Shown here: positions 46,269 to 57,152 of the stretch, one piece after another
Numbering within the stretch: the stretch's first letter is position 1
How the letters are laid out: each line of letters begins with the position of its first letter
Translations under genes and position numbers: made by a program
Source of the DNA: an uncultured bacterium
Lineage (GTDB): Bacteria > Krumholzibacteriota > Krumholzibacteriia > LZORAL124-64-63
Direction: 5' to 3'
Length of the DNA stretch: 64,000 bases
Assembly (NCBI GenBank): GCA_963732385.1
Contig: CAVSZB010000007.1
Span: 768,001-832,000 of the forward strand
The notes under the pieces: generated by a model
Seen by the model: only the letters and a program-made list of their open reading frames with translations
What the model was told of the DNA's origin: nothing
Databases searched by the model: none

Positions 46269-48166
46269 GGCGCCGCCGCGGGACGCAGGTCGACCAGGTG
46301 CTGCTGGACCGGATCGGCGGCGGCGCCGCTGCGCGGCCGCCAGGTGCTGCGGCTGAGCCGGAACAGGAGGTCCCAGCGTGGATCCGCCTGGCCCGCGGCG
46401 AAGGCGGCCGCCTCGCGCCAGGCGCGCCCGCTGCCGAAGGCGACGAAGTCCCGCGCCAGCGCCGAACCGCCTCCCGCTGCCGGGGCATCCGGGCCGCGGA
46501 ACGAGAACCGCAAATGCTCCCCGCTGTTGCCCAATGGCTGCGGCTCGCGCGCGAAGCGCAGGCCGTCACAGCGGAACACCGGTTCGCGGTGCCCCTGTCC
46601 GAACGGCTCGAGCAGTTCCAGCTCGCTCACCAGGGCCGCCACTTCCCCCGCCGTCATCTCCAGCAACGGCAACTCGAGGTCGTACGGCTCGACCGGCACG
46701 CAACTCGGCGCCTCGGCCAGGGCGGCGAGGAACAGGGCGCGGAAGCGGTCCACATCCTCGCTCAACAGGGTCATCCCGGCCGCCTGGGCGTGCCCGCCCC
46801 AGCGCACCAAAAGCGACGCGCAGCGGTCGAGCACCCCCTTGATGTCCACGCCGGGCACGCTGCGCGCCGAGCCGCGCGCTTCGTCCCCCTCCACCGCGAT
46901 CAACACCGCCGGCCGTCCGAACTGCTCCACCAGACGCGAAGCGCTGATGCCGATGACCCCCTTGTGCCAGCCCGGCGCCGCCAGCACCAGGCCGGGATCG
47001 CCGCGAGTCACGAACGGTTCGGCCTGCGCCACCGCCTCTTCTTTTACCCGCTGATCCATCACCCGCCGGACCCGGTTGTCCTTCTCGGCCTGCTGCGCCA
47101 GCGCGGCGGCCTCGACGACATCGTCGGTGAGCAGCAGCCGCAGCGCGGTTTCGGGATCGCCCACGCGACCACAGGCGTTCAGCCGAGGCGCCACCTGGTA
47201 AGCCAGATTCGCGGCGGTGACCGGGAAACTGCGGTCGAGTCCCGCCACCCCCAGCAGCGCCTCCACGCCGGGCCGGCGGGTCGCTCCCGCGCCGAGCCGC
47301 AGCAGACCGCGGTGTACGAGCGTGCGATTCTCGCCGGTCAGCGGCATCTGATCCGCCACCAGTCCGAGCGCGACCAGATCGAGCACCTCCTCGGCGAAAG
47401 TGGCCGGCAGGCAGGACGGATCGTGCCGGACCAGCGCCTCGGCAAGCTTGAAAGCCACCGCCACGCCACACAGGTCGGGATTCGGGTAGTCCGAGCCGGG
47501 ACGCCGCGGGTTGACCACCGCCACCGCCTCGGGCCGCGTGCGGTAGAGGTGGTGGTCGAGCACCACCGTTTCCATGCCTAGTTGCCGGGCCAGTGCAATC
47601 TCCGCCCGCGCGGCCGAGCCGGTGTCGACCGTGATGAGCAGATGTGTCCCCGCCTCGCCCCAGGCGCGGATCTGCGCGGCGCTCACGCCATAGCCGTCGC
47701 GCCCGCGATGCGGCACGAACGGCGGCAGCGCCTCCACGCGGCGACCGTCGACGGTCAGCGCCCGCAGCAGCAGCCAGACGAGCGCGCAGCCGGTGATGCC
47801 GTCCACGTCGAAATCGCCGTGCACCGCGACCCGCTCGCCGCGCGCGGCGGCCGCGCGCAGCCGGGTCACCGCAGTGTCCATCTCCGCGAGCCGGAACGGG
47901 TCGTGCAGATGCGAAAGGGAAGGGAAGAAGAAACGCTCCAGAGACGGCGCATCAGCCAGGCCACGACTGGCCAGGATCGCCAGCAGGCGGTCCGACACCG
48001 GCACTTCCAGCGGCAGTTCACGCCGCAGCCAGTCCACCGTCGCCTCCGGCGCCGCGACCGATCGCTGCCAGTACCGTCCGGTCAGCAATCCGATCGGACC
48101 CGCCGCCACGGCGGGAGAGGGCGGATCCGGGAGACCGTCAGCCGTGAAATCGAATTCGAGCTGCAA
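46265..48166 (-). CDS. recJ: ssDNA-specific exonuclease RecJ
   Basis: GDFDVDG, ITVDTG, DHH, PRLNACGR, GSARS, GGHAQAAG. Probable TTG start 48166 after GGGAGAG. Confidence 0.93.
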   Translation of the reverse strand: MQLEFDFTADGLPDPPSPAVAAGPIGLLTGRYWQRSVAAPEATVDWLRRELPLEVPVSDRLLAILASRGLADAPSLERFFFPSLSHLHDPFRLAEMDTAVTRLRAAAARGERVAVHGDFDVDGITGCALVWLLLRALTVDGRRVEALPPFVPHRGRDGYGVSAAQIRAWGEAGTHLLITVDTGSAARAEIALARQLGMETVVLDHHLYRTRPEAVAVVNPRRPGSDYPNPDLCGVAVAFKLAEALVRHDPSCLPATFAEEVLDLVALGLVADQMPLTGENRTLVHRGLLRLGAGATRRPGVEALLGVAGLDRSFPVTAANLAYQVAPRLNACGRVGDPETALRLLLTDDVVEAAALAQQAEKDNRVRRVMDQRVKEEAVAQAEPFVTRGDPGLVLAAPGWHKGVIGISASRLVEQFGRPAVLIAVEGDEARGSARSVPGVDIKGVLDRCASLLVRWGGHAQAAGMTLLSEDVDRFRALFLAALAEAPSCVPVEPYDLELPLLEMTAGEVAALVSELELLEPFGQGHREPVFRCDGLRFAREPQPLGNSGEHLRFSFRGPDAPAAGGGSALARDFVAFGSGRAWREAAAFAAGQADPRWDLLFRLSRSTWRPRSGAAADPVQQHLVDLRPAAAP

Positions 48167-48218
48167 CGGTCTCTCCCACCGAAAAAGCAGAACCCCCCGC
48201 ACCCGCGGGCCGAGCCGG

Positions 48219-48584
48219 GGTGGGGGGAGCCGGTCGTAAGCCGAGTTCTGTTGCCGCCGATGCGGCGACGATCATGTATCTAGGACCGGCGTTGCCGACG
48301 GCCTCCAGCGACCTACCCGGGAGTCCAGCGAGACGGGCAGCCTCGTCCTCCCCTATGCGGTCTTGCTCCAGGTGGGGTTTGCCGTGCCGCCCCCGTCGCC
48401 GGGAGCGCGGTGAGCTCTTACCTCACCGTTTCACCCTTACCGGGGCCAGCCCCGGCGGTCTGTTTTCTGTGGCACTTTCCTTGGGATCGCTCCCACCGGG
48501 AGTTACCCGGCACCCTGCCCTGTGGAGCTCGGACTTTCCTCGAATCCCTTGCGGAACCCGCGATCGTCTCCCCGACTCCCCACC
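48219..48584 (-). ncRNA. rnpB: RNase P RNA (type A)
   Basis: GAGGAAAGTCCGAGCTCCACAGGGCAG...GTGCCACAGAAAA...ACAGAACTCGGCTTA; complementary ends form P1. Confidence 0.97.
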
Positions 48585-48587
48585 TGC

Positions 48588-48616
48588 ATGATAGGAACGA
48601 CCGGCGGGATTGTCAC
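48588..48616 (-). promoter_or_regulatory. Sigma70 promoter of rnpB
   Basis: GTGACA-17-TATCAT immediately upstream of P1. Confidence 0.65.
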
Positions 48617-48629
48617 CGCAAAACTGCCC

Positions 48630-49346
48630 TCAGCGTGCGGCAATCTCCGCGTCGAGCGCCTCGTTGGCCAACAGATCGGCCGCCTGGTTGCGTTCGCGCG
48701 GCACGTGACGCACCCGAAAGTTCTCCAGGCCGCGCGCCAGGAAAAGCACCTGCTGGTACAGGGGGCGCAGGTCGAGACTCTTCACGCGGTAGACGCCGGT
48801 CAGTTGACGGGCGATCAGTTCGCTGTCGAGGTACAGGTCGACCCGCCGGACATCCCAGGCAAGTACGAACTCCAGCGCGCGCAGGACCGCGCGGTATTCG
48901 GCGGCGTTATTGGTGGCGCGCCCGATCGATTCGCCATGGACGCACAGGTCAGGACCGCCCGGCAGGCGGAACAGCACGCCGATGGATGAAGGGCCGGGAT
49001 TACCGCGACACGCCCCGTCGGTCCAGATCTCGAGGGTGCCGTCGCCGTTTCCGGGCAGGGGGCTCGTGCTCAGGGTGGCGGCGCGCGGCAGGCCGGCCAG
49101 GCTCTCGCGCAAGGCGGCGCCCGCCCCGGTCTCCTCGCGCGGGGCGGCAACCACGGCAGGGACGCCGCCACCTCGCGACGCCGCCGCCTCCTGCATCAGT
49201 TCGCGCCGCCAGGTGATCAGGCGCCGGCGCAGATCCTTGACGGTGAGCCCACACTCCCGGGCCAGGGCGCGCAGATTGCCGCTCTTCTCGAGCGCGGCCA
49301 GCAACTCGGGCAGGGTCTCGGGACCGGCGGGCTCGGATTCGGACAC
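48630..49346 (-). CDS. rnhA: Ribonuclease HI with N-terminal HTH-like extension
   Basis: WTDGACRGNPG, TNNAAEY, LDSEL, HVPRERNQAADLLAN; GTG start after GAAGGGGG. Confidence 0.9.
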   Translation of the reverse strand: MSESEPAGPETLPELLAALEKSGNLRALARECGLTVKDLRRRLITWRRELMQEAAASRGGGVPAVVAAPREETGAGAALRESLAGLPRAATLSTSPLPGNGDGTLEIWTDGACRGNPGPSSIGVLFRLPGGPDLCVHGESIGRATNNAAEYRAVLRALEFVLAWDVRRVDLYLDSELIARQLTGVYRVKSLDLRPLYQQVLFLARGLENFRVRHVPRERNQAADLLANEALDAEIAAR

Positions 49347-49368
49347 ACATCCCCCTTCGGGCGGCAAT

Positions 49369-50073
49369 TCACTCGGCCGCCACCAGATAGCGGCCACAGC
49401 CCTGACAACGCAAAAGCAGCCGTCCCCGCTCCACGTCGAGCGCGCGCTGCAGCGGCGGCCGGGCGCCGCATCCCCCGCAGGCCCCCCCCTCGATCGCGAC
49501 GACCGGAGGGGGCACCGCCCCGCGGAGCTTGGCCACCGTCGCGGCCACATCCGGCGGCAACTGCGCATCGCAGGCCGCAACCTCCCCACTCAACGCCGCG
49601 ATACGTATCGCGGCCGCCGCCTCATCGCGGGTCGCGGCGGGCGCGGCGTCCGCGGCGCTCGTCTGGCGCTCCGTCGCCTCGCTCTCGCGGGTCCGGGCCT
49701 CGGCCTGCAGCAGCTCCGCCCTCTCCAGGGCCTCCAGGGCCTGCTCCGCAAGCGGACCGAGCTCGGCCTCCACGGTCGCGGTTTCGCGGGCCAGCGCCGC
49801 CCCTTCCCGCTCGTTCTGGACCTGCCGCTGTCGTTCCCGCAGCCGGGTCAGCGCCGCCTCGCGCTCGCGCAGCCGGGTTTCCAGCGCGCGCGCCTCGCGC
49901 AGCGCCGCCGCCTGCCGCTCCCGCGCGGCGACCGCCTCCGCGCCCAGTTCCGCGGCCAGCCCCACGCCGAGCGACTGGCGGCGCACGGCGGCGTTCGCCT
50001 GTCCACGGGCGCGTTCCAGCCGTGCTTCGGCGCGCGCCAGGTTGGTCAGCCAGAAAATCACGCCTTCGGCCAC
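49369..50073 (-). CDS. Coiled-coil C4 zinc-ribbon protein (DUF164/zf-RING_7 type)
   Basis: Long coiled coil, CGGCG...CQGCGRYL; AGGAGG RBS; usual position upstream of rnhA. Confidence 0.8.
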   Translation of the reverse strand: MAEGVIFWLTNLARAEARLERARGQANAAVRRQSLGVGLAAELGAEAVAARERQAAALREARALETRLREREAALTRLRERQRQVQNEREGAALARETATVEAELGPLAEQALEALERAELLQAEARTRESEATERQTSAADAAPAATRDEAAAAIRIAALSGEVAACDAQLPPDVAATVAKLRGAVPPPVVAIEGGACGGCGARPPLQRALDVERGRLLLRCQGCGRYLVAAE

Positions 50074-50212
50074 GTCCGGCCCTCCTGACGACCCGCGAGT
50101 CTGTTCCGCCAACGACAAAGGGTGCCGCAGCACCCTTAGTCTCCGCGACCACGCGGCCCTGGTCCGTGTCGCGCGCCCCCTGGGACCACGCGCGCCGCGA
50201 ACGCTGGTGATG

Positions 50213-50289
50213 TGGTGGGCGATACTGGACTCGAACCAGTGACCTCTCGCGTGTGAGGCGAGCGCTCTAGCCAGCTGAGCTAATCGCCC
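50213..50289 (-). tRNA. tRNA-Val (anticodon CAC)
   Basis: GGGCGATTAGCTCAGCTGG...CTCGC-CTCACAC-GCGAG...GGTTCGAGTCC...ATCGCCCACCA. Confidence 0.97.
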
Positions 50290-50300
50290 TGCTTCGCATC

Positions 50301-50376
50301 TGGTGGGCCCATCAGGATTTGAACCTGAGACCAACCGGTTATGAGCCGGCCGCTCTCACCGCTGAGCTATGGGCCC
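50301..50376 (-). tRNA. tRNA with CAT anticodon, most likely tRNA-Ile2 (lysidine-modified)
   Basis: GGGCCCATAGCTCAG...GCCGG-CTCATAA-CCGGT...GGGCCCACCA. Paired 1:72 (not initiator) and C4/C5 acceptor pairs typical of TilS substrates. Confidence 0.9.
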
Positions 50377-50393
50377 GCGCCGGCGGCGTGAGC

Positions 50394-50422
50394 ACGATAA
50401 TCGCTGCCTGCGTCGGGGTCAA
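50394..50422 (-). promoter_or_regulatory. Sigma70 promoter of the tRNA pair
   Basis: TTGACC-17-TATCGT. Confidence 0.6.
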
Positions 50423-50431
50423 CCCCGCGCT

Positions 50432-52174
50432 TCAACCAATGTCCGTGTAGCCCTTCAGTTTCCGGCTGCGACTCGGATGACGCAGCTTGCGCAGTGCCTT
50501 GGCCTCGATCTGCCGTACCCGCTCCCGCGTCACCTTGAAAATCGTGCCGACCTCCTCGAGAGTGCGCGGAGTGCCGTCGCCGAGTCCGAAACGCAGGCGG
50601 ATCACCTTTTCCTCGCGGCGGGACAGCGTGCTCAGGACCCGCTGCAGCTGGTCCTTCAGCATCGCGTGTGCGGCCACGTGCGCCGGCGACAGGGCGCTGG
50701 TGTCCTCGATGAAATCGCTCAGATTGCTGTCCTCGTCCTCCCCGATCGGCCGGTCGAGCGATACCGGTTCCATGCTCGCCTTCATGACGCCATTTACCTT
50801 ATCGAGCGGCATCTCGAGCGAACGGGCGACCTCCTCCGGAGACGGCTCGCGGCCCAGCTCCTGCACCAGCTGGCGAGAAGTGCGATTCACCTTGTTGATC
50901 GCCTCGATCATGTGCACCGGCACGCGGATGGTGCGCGCCTGATCCGCGATCGCCCGGGTGATGGCCTGGCGGATCCACCAGGTAGCGTAGGTGGAAAACT
51001 TGTAACCCTTGCGGTAGTCGAACTTCTCGACCGCGCGCATGAGGCCCGAGTTGCCCTCCTGGATGAGGTCCAGGAATTCCAGACCCCGGTTCGTGTAGCG
51101 CTTGGCGATGCTGATCACCAGCCGCACATTCGCCTCGATCATCTCGCGCTGCGCGGCCGCCACCTCGCGCTCTCCGGCCTCGATGGCATCGGCGATCTCG
51201 GCCAGATCCTTGGCGGAGAGTCCGATTTCCCGCTCGATCTCGTGGATCCGCTTGCGGTAGCCCTTGATGCGCCTCTGCGCCTCCAGCGCGATGTCGCGCT
51301 GCTCGGCCGCACCGCCCCGCTCACCGTCGCCGTCGGCGCGGCGTCGGCCGCGCGCGCCGCCAGTCCCCGCCGGACGCAACCGGGCCTCCTCGTCGCCCAT
51401 TCGCGAGACGAGGTCCTTCACCTTGCTGTGCACCAGACGCAGCTTGTTCGAAAGCTGTTCGACCTGGGCGGTCGACAGATGCAGGTCCTGGAAGGTCTCC
51501 GTGATCTTCTTCTCGCGCGCCTGGATCATCCGCGTCAGCGTGGCGGCCCGCGTGCTGTTTCCCGCCGGCCGCAGTTCGCGCCGCGCCTCGACCAGTTCCT
51601 TCTGCAGCTTCTCGATCAGGTCGACGGCGCGCAGGATCCGCGTCCCCTCCTTGCGGGGCGAGTAGTGGACATTCCAGGTGCTGCTGTCGTGCTGCACGAC
51701 TTCGTCGACATGGACGTTGTCGGTCATCAGCTGCGCGGCGATCTGGCGCAGCTCCTTGAGCGTGTGGCTCGAGCGGATCGTGACACGGATGACCGCGAGC
51801 TGCCCGTCCTCCATGCGACGCGCCAGGTTGACCTCGCCCTGGCGGGTCAGCAGCGGGACGCGCCCCATCTCGCGCAGGTACATGCGCACCGGGTCGTCAT
51901 ACTTGATGTTGCTCCGCACCGCCTTGCGCAGGACGGCGGCCTTCTTCCTGCCGCGCGCGGCGCGCAGGATGAGTTTGCGCTGCGCGTCCTCCTCCGAATC
52001 GAAAATGTCGATTCGCAGTTCGCCCAGACGATCATAGATGCGCTCGAAGATCTCCTCGATCTCCGGCTCGTCTCCGATCATCTCGTTGATCTGGTCATAG
52101 ACCACGTAGCCCTGTCCCTGGCGGGCGGCCCGCGAAAGCGTGTCGATGATCGCCGCGAAGCGCTGCTTTTCCAT
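50432..52174 (-). CDS. rpoD: Primary sigma factor RpoD
   Basis: [58 protein letters not shown]. Confidence 0.98.
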   Translation of the reverse strand: MEKQRFAAIIDTLSRAARQGQGYVVYDQINEMIGDEPEIEEIFERIYDRLGELRIDIFDSEEDAQRKLILRAARGRKKAAVLRKAVRSNIKYDDPVRMYLREMGRVPLLTRQGEVNLARRMEDGQLAVIRVTIRSSHTLKELRQIAAQLMTDNVHVDEVVQHDSSTWNVHYSPRKEGTRILRAVDLIEKLQKELVEARRELRPAGNSTRAATLTRMIQAREKKITETFQDLHLSTAQVEQLSNKLRLVHSKVKDLVSRMGDEEARLRPAGTGGARGRRRADGDGERGGAAEQRDIALEAQRRIKGYRKRIHEIEREIGLSAKDLAEIADAIEAGEREVAAAQREMIEANVRLVISIAKRYTNRGLEFLDLIQEGNSGLMRAVEKFDYRKGYKFSTYATWWIRQAITRAIADQARTIRVPVHMIEAINKVNRTSRQLVQELGREPSPEEVARSLEMPLDKVNGVMKASMEPVSLDRPIGEDEDSNLSDFIEDTSALSPAHVAAHAMLKDQLQRVLSTLSRREEKVIRLRFGLGDGTPRTLEEVGTIFKVTRERVRQIEAKALRKLRHPSRSRKLKGYTDIG

Positions 52175-52196
52175 CCTTGTCGCGACCCCCCGTTGG

Positions 52197-53957
52197 TCAG
52201 CGTGCGGCGGCGGCGCGCCGTCGTTCCATCTCGGCAGCCAATTCCAGCCGCTCGTGACCGTCGCGGACGGCTTTGACGAAATCCCCGCGCTCGGGGACCA
52301 GATCGCCCGCGAGCAGATCCGCGACAAAGCACCGGTAGGCGGCGCTGAATTCGTGCCATTCCGCCTGCACGAAAAGGCCCGGTGGCGCCTCTTCGCCGGC
52401 GGCGCGAGCCGTCTGCCAGCGCAGCATCTCGCCGCGCAGCAGGTCCCCTTCCGGCGTTGCACAGGCGCGCTCCGCCCGGAGCCGCAGCAACTCCCCCGCC
52501 GCCCGCCCCGTGTCATCGCGCAGAGCGTGCGCGAACATCACAGCCTCGACCGCGGCCCGATCGAGCCACGGCCCCGCCGGCGCGACCGGCCGCGACGGTC
52601 CCGACGCGGCGGTCCCGGATGCACCGCCAGCCACATCCGCATCCGCGCCGCCGCGGGTCGCCGCCTGGCGGGCATCCCCGCGCAGGCGCGCCGACTCGCG
52701 CTCCAGAATACCCAGCCCGATGCCGAACAGTTCCGCCGTCTCCTGCAGGAGGTACGCCTGGCGGATGGGATCGGGAACCTGGGCGATCGACTCGAGCGCG
52801 CGCCGCACCGCGCGTTCCTTCGCCACCCGTGTACCGCCACGTTCCTCGACCAGCTCCCGCAGGAACGGCAGGTAGCCGGACGCGCGCGACAAAATCCCGC
52901 CCAGGGCCGCCGCGTCGCGCGCCTGCAGGAACGAAGCCGGATCCTCGCCCTGCGGCAGCCGCGCCACGCGCGGTTCAAGTCCCTGCGCCAGCGCCGTCTG
53001 GCACCCCTTGACCGTGGCGCCGAGTCCGGCGCGGTCACCGTCGAAGAGCAGGAAAACCGTCGGGCAGCCGCGGCGCAGCAGCCGCGCCTGATCGGCGGTG
53101 AAAGCCGTGCCGCAGGTCGCCACGCCGTTGGCGAAACCGGCCTGCGCCAGGGCGATCAGGTCAAGGTATCCCTCCACGAGGATGGCTGTCTTCAACCGCG
53201 CGATCGCGATCCGCGACGAGGCGAAGCCATACAGCAGCTTGCCCTTGCTGAAGTAGGCGCTTTCGGGAGAGTTGAGATACTTCGGTTCGCCCTGGCCGAG
53301 CAGGCGGCCGCCGAACCCGGCGACCCTCTGCGCGACATTCCGTATCGGAAAGATAATGCGGCCGCGGAAATAGGCAAAGGGCGGCTCCGCTCCCCGCTGC
53401 CCGAACAGGCCGGCACGCAGCGCCAGATCCTGGCTTACCCCCTCGCGCGCGAGCGCCTCGACCAGCCAGCTCCCGCCCGGCGGCGCCCAGCCGATCTCGT
53501 AGCGGCGCGCCACTTCGTCGCCGAACCCCCGCTCCCGCAGGTAGCCGCGCGCCGCCTCCCCCCGCTCGCTCCAGAACGCCTCCTGCCACAGTTTCACGGC
53601 GGCATCGTTCGCGCGGTGGAAGGCGAGCCGCTCCCCCTCCCCCTCGTCCTCGGCAAGATACCGCGCGAGGTCGATGTCAAGGGGACGCGCGAGCGTTTCG
53701 ACGGCCTCCGGGAAACTCAGTCCCTCCACCTTCATCAGGAAGGAGATGACATCGCCCCCTTCGCCACATCCGAAGCACTTGTAGATCTGGCGGGACGGAT
53801 TGACGTGGAAGCTGGGACCCTTCTCGCGGTGGAACGGGCAGAGCGCCTTGAAAGCGGAGCCGGCCGCGTGCAGCGTGACATAACGCCGCACAACGTCGAC
53901 GATATCGGTCTCTTCCTTGATGCGGACAACGACGTCCCGAGGCAGGCTGAGCGCCAT
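52197..53957 (-). CDS. dnaG: DNA primase
   Basis: CPFH...CFGC zinc finger, KYLNSPE, VEGYLD, FDGDRAG. Confidence 0.97.
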   Translation of the reverse strand: MALSLPRDVVVRIKEETDIVDVVRRYVTLHAAGSAFKALCPFHREKGPSFHVNPSRQIYKCFGCGEGGDVISFLMKVEGLSFPEAVETLARPLDIDLARYLAEDEGEGERLAFHRANDAAVKLWQEAFWSERGEAARGYLRERGFGDEVARRYEIGWAPPGGSWLVEALAREGVSQDLALRAGLFGQRGAEPPFAYFRGRIIFPIRNVAQRVAGFGGRLLGQGEPKYLNSPESAYFSKGKLLYGFASSRIAIARLKTAILVEGYLDLIALAQAGFANGVATCGTAFTADQARLLRRGCPTVFLLFDGDRAGLGATVKGCQTALAQGLEPRVARLPQGEDPASFLQARDAAALGGILSRASGYLPFLRELVEERGGTRVAKERAVRRALESIAQVPDPIRQAYLLQETAELFGIGLGILERESARLRGDARQAATRGGADADVAGGASGTAASGPSRPVAPAGPWLDRAAVEAVMFAHALRDDTGRAAGELLRLRAERACATPEGDLLRGEMLRWQTARAAGEEAPPGLFVQAEWHEFSAAYRCFVADLLAGDLVPERGDFVKAVRDGHERLELAAEMERRRAAAAR

Positions 53958-54016
53958 CCGCACGACCTTCCGACACGACCGGGAAGCACGGTCAAACCGC
54001 GCGGCGGGAATCGTAC

Positions 54017-54046
54017 ATACTAACCCCGCAAGTGGTTCCCTGGCAA
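54017..54046 (-). promoter_or_regulatory. Sigma70-like promoter of dnaG-rpoD
   Basis: TTGCCA-18-TAGTAT. Confidence 0.55.
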
Positions 54047-54071
54047 GGCCGGAGCGACCCGCCCGGCCGGA

Positions 54072-56507
54072 TCAGACCAGATGGACGACCGTCGCCCCGG
54101 CCCCTCCCCGCCGCAAAGGCGCCGGTTCTACCCGGGCGACCCGGTGGTCGGCGGCCAGCCGCTCCAGCAGGGCCTCCCGCAGCCGGCCGGTCCCCAGACC
54201 GTGCACCACCAGGATTTCCGGCACCCCGGCCGGGATCGCCCGGTCCAGGAGCAGATCGAGCCGATCCCAGGCCTCGTCGGCGCGGTGACCCCGCAGATCG
54301 ATCTCCTGGGTCGACGGCGCGCCGTCGCGCCAAACCCAGCCGCCGGCCACATCCGGCGCGGGGACGGCGTCCGGCGGGACGCCGGTCGCCGATGCGCCGC
54401 CGGCGTTGAGCAGTTCGACATCGGCCGCTCCGAGGGTCAGCCGCAGGCCGCGAGCCTCCGCCACGACCCTCTCGCCACGAACCTCCACAAGCAGACCGGT
54501 CAGCCCCAGGTGCGGAATGCGCACCTGGTCGCCGGGCCGCAGGACCGCCATCGACCCGGCCGGCGCGGGGTCGGGCGCTGCGGCCTGCAGACGGGCGTCG
54601 AACTCCCGCAGCTTATCGCGCGCGCGCCGCGCCGCGCCGGTGTCGCCGCCGCGCGCCTCCCGCACGGCCGCCTCCAGCTCGCGTCGCCCCTCCTTCAGCA
54701 GCAGTTCCCCGTCGCGCCGCGTGGCGGCGAGCAGTTCCGCCCGCTCCCGCTCCAACTCTGCGAGCCGCTCCGCCAGAGCCCGTTCCCGGGCACCCACCGC
54801 TGCCGCCCCCTCGCGCGCGTCCGCCTCGAGCGCCGCCAGCGCACGGGTCCGCTCCCCCAGCTCACCGAGCAGCCGCTCGACCTGGAACCGTTCCTCGCCC
54901 ACCCGGCGACGCGCCCCCTCCAGCAGCTCCGTCGGCAGCCCGCAGCGGGCGGCGATGGCGAAGGCATGGCTCGCCCCGGGCACCCCCATGCGCAGCGTGA
55001 AAAGCGGCCGCAGGGTGCGGTCGTCGAAATCCATGGCGGCGTTGAGCATCAGGGGGTGCTCGTGCACCGCGGCCTTGAGCAGGCCGAAATGGGTCGTTGC
55101 GAGCACGGTCGCGCCGCGCGCGGCGAGGGTCTCGAGCACCGCGAGCGCCAGCGCCGCCCCTTCGTCGGGATCGGTGCCGGAGCAGATCTCATCGCACAGG
55201 ACCAGCGCGCCGTCGCCGGCCCCGTCCACGAAACGCGCCAGGTGCCCAAGATGCGCGCTGAAACTGCTGAGCGAATGTTCGATCGACTGTTCGTCCCCGA
55301 GGTCGACGAAAAGCCGCTTCACCAGGGGCAGCCGGCTGTCCTCGCGCACCGGGACGTCCCAGCCGCTCTGCGCGAGCAGCACGCAGACGCCGACCGTCTT
55401 GAGCGCGACCGACTTGCCGCCGGCGTTCGGGCCGCTCACCAGGAGCACCCGCCGGCCCGCCGGCAATTCGAGGTCCAGCGGCACGACCCCGCCCGCCGGC
55501 GCGCCGGCCGCGGACGGATCGAGCAACGGGTGGCGGGCGGCGCACAGACGCAGCGACCCGCCCGCGTCCAGATCGGGGCGGGAGCCCCGCCGCCGGGCGC
55601 TCCACTGCAGCGCGGCCCGCGTCTCGTCAGCCAGCGCCAGCAGACCGCCCGCGTCGATGAACACCGGTGCGGCGGCTTCAACCGCCCGGTTGAGTTCGGC
55701 GAGGATACGCGCCTCCTCCGACGCCATCTCCAGCCGCGTCTCCACGAGCGCGTTGTGCAGTTCGACGACGGCGGCCGGTTCGACGAACAGCGTGCCGCCG
55801 GTGGCCGAGCGGTCGTGCACGATCCCCTCGAGCCGGCGGTGTGCGCCGGCCCGCAGCGGCAGGCAGTAGCGGTCGCCACGCAGCGTCACCTCGTCGCCCG
55901 TGACGAGACCGGTCGCGCGCGCCTGCGCCAGGGCCCGTTCGGCGGCAGCGCGCGCCTCGCGTTCCTGGTCACGCGCCGCGCGGCGCAGCCGGCCCAGGAC
56001 CGGCGTGGCGTCGTCGCGCAGCCGCCCGTCGCGGTCGCAGGTCCGGCGCACGGCCGCAGCAAGGTGCCCGAGTCGCTCCTGGCGTGCAGCCGCGCCGCTC
56101 CAGGTGGGCCAGGCGTCGGGGTCGCGGCGGAAATGGTCGTTCAGGGCGTCGAGTGCGACCGCGGCCGCGGCCACCTGCAGCAGATCGGGGCCATCGAGGG
56201 CCAGGGGCCGGGATCCCTCCAGCCAGTCCATCACGTCGGAGATTTCCAGCAGCGGCGGCCATTCGCCCCGCTCGCCCGGCGCGCGCAGTTCGTCGGCCAG
56301 CCGGCGGCGCAGCGCGATCGGACCGGCCGCCACATAGGGGCGGCGCACCGTCACCGCGGCGGCCGCGCGCCGGTTCAGGCAGAGGCCGGCGATGCCGGCC
56401 GCGACGCGGGGCCATTCCAGCAGACGCAGGGCCCGCTCCCCCTCCTCGTCCGCGGGCCACGCCTCCTCGCGCCCGGCGCGCGCAAGCTCGGCGATGAGCG
56501 GGATCAC
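54072..56507 (-). CDS. mutS2: Endonuclease MutS2 with Smr domain
   Basis: GIVHDRSATGGTLFVEP, GPNAGGKS, SLSSFSAH, TTH, IDLRG...VHGLGTG...GGAGAT. Confidence 0.93.
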   Translation of the reverse strand: MIPLIAELARAGREEAWPADEEGERALRLLEWPRVAAGIAGLCLNRRAAAAVTVRRPYVAAGPIALRRRLADELRAPGERGEWPPLLEISDVMDWLEGSRPLALDGPDLLQVAAAAVALDALNDHFRRDPDAWPTWSGAAARQERLGHLAAAVRRTCDRDGRLRDDATPVLGRLRRAARDQEREARAAAERALAQARATGLVTGDEVTLRGDRYCLPLRAGAHRRLEGIVHDRSATGGTLFVEPAAVVELHNALVETRLEMASEEARILAELNRAVEAAAPVFIDAGGLLALADETRAALQWSARRRGSRPDLDAGGSLRLCAARHPLLDPSAAGAPAGGVVPLDLELPAGRRVLLVSGPNAGGKSVALKTVGVCVLLAQSGWDVPVREDSRLPLVKRLFVDLGDEQSIEHSLSSFSAHLGHLARFVDGAGDGALVLCDEICSGTDPDEGAALALAVLETLAARGATVLATTHFGLLKAAVHEHPLMLNAAMDFDDRTLRPLFTLRMGVPGASHAFAIAARCGLPTELLEGARRRVGEERFQVERLLGELGERTRALAALEADAREGAAAVGARERALAERLAELERERAELLAATRRDGELLLKEGRRELEAAVREARGGDTGAARRARDKLREFDARLQAAAPDPAPAGSMAVLRPGDQVRIPHLGLTGLLVEVRGERVVAEARGLRLTLGAADVELLNAGGASATGVPPDAVPAPDVAGGWVWRDGAPSTQEIDLRGHRADEAWDRLDLLLDRAIPAGVPEILVVHGLGTGRLREALLERLAADHRVARVEPAPLRRGGAGATVVHLV

Positions 56508-56511
56508 GCGC

Positions 56512-57135
56512 TCACCCCCCCGGCCGCGCGGCGGGCCGCTCCGCGAGACTGTCGGCCGTTTCCGGGTGCAGGCGTTCGTCGACCGCCTCGGCGGCCGCCC
56601 CCGCGGCGCGGCGCGCTCCGTCGCGCAGGCCGTGCCAGGCGCGCTCCGGCGCGCCCCCGAGATCGCGGAAGGTGCCCGACAACGCGGGCGCGGCGACGAG
56701 GATCGCCCGGGTGACCGGATTGGCCTCAAAACCAGCGCGGCGCGCTTCGCCGCCCGGCATCCGTCCGGCCAGGTGCAACAGCGCGCTCGCCAGCAACAGA
56801 CCCAACAGCAGGCCGCAAACCGCGCCCCCCGCCCGATCCACCCCGCCGACAATGCCGAAGTGGAGAGCCTTCGCCGCCAGCGCGGCGACCAGCCGCGTCA
56901 GCAGCAGGCCGAGCAGGAACAGCACGATCCAACCTACGTACAGCCGTGCCCGCCCCTCCAGCCGTGTCCAGCCGGTGAGCAGGGCACCCAGCCCCGCCGC
57001 CTCGGCGGTGGCGAAGTAGAAGCTGGCCAGCGCTCCGGCCAGCTCGAGCACGCGGCGCAGCAGTCCTGCCCGCCACCCCTGCCACGCACAGCCGGCGATC
57101 AAGAGGAGTGCAAGAACGGTCATCACCGTGATCAT
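56512..57135 (-). CDS. cvpA: CvpA (colicin V production) family membrane protein
   Basis: GWRAGLLR, VDRAGGAVCG, 4 TMs; typical neighbour of mutS2; GGAGG RBS. Confidence 0.8.
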   Translation of the reverse strand: MITVMTVLALLLIAGCAWQGWRAGLLRRVLELAGALASFYFATAEAAGLGALLTGWTRLEGRARLYVGWIVLFLLGLLLTRLVAALAAKALHFGIVGGVDRAGGAVCGLLLGLLLASALLHLAGRMPGGEARRAGFEANPVTRAILVAAPALSGTFRDLGGAPERAWHGLRDGARRAAGAAAEAVDERLHPETADSLAERPAARPGG

Positions 57136-57152
57136 GGTCCTCCAGTCCGGCG

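Noticed and set aside
48220..48591. 123-aa ORF on the plus strand
   Set aside because: It is the antisense of RNase P RNA.
50074..50334. N-terminal extension of the zinc-ribbon ORF
   Set aside because: It runs through two tRNA genes; the real start is probably GTG 50073 with an AGGAGG RBS.
50213..50376. tRNA pair as an integration site
   Set aside because: No integrase, no duplicated tRNA 3' end, and housekeeping genes on both sides.
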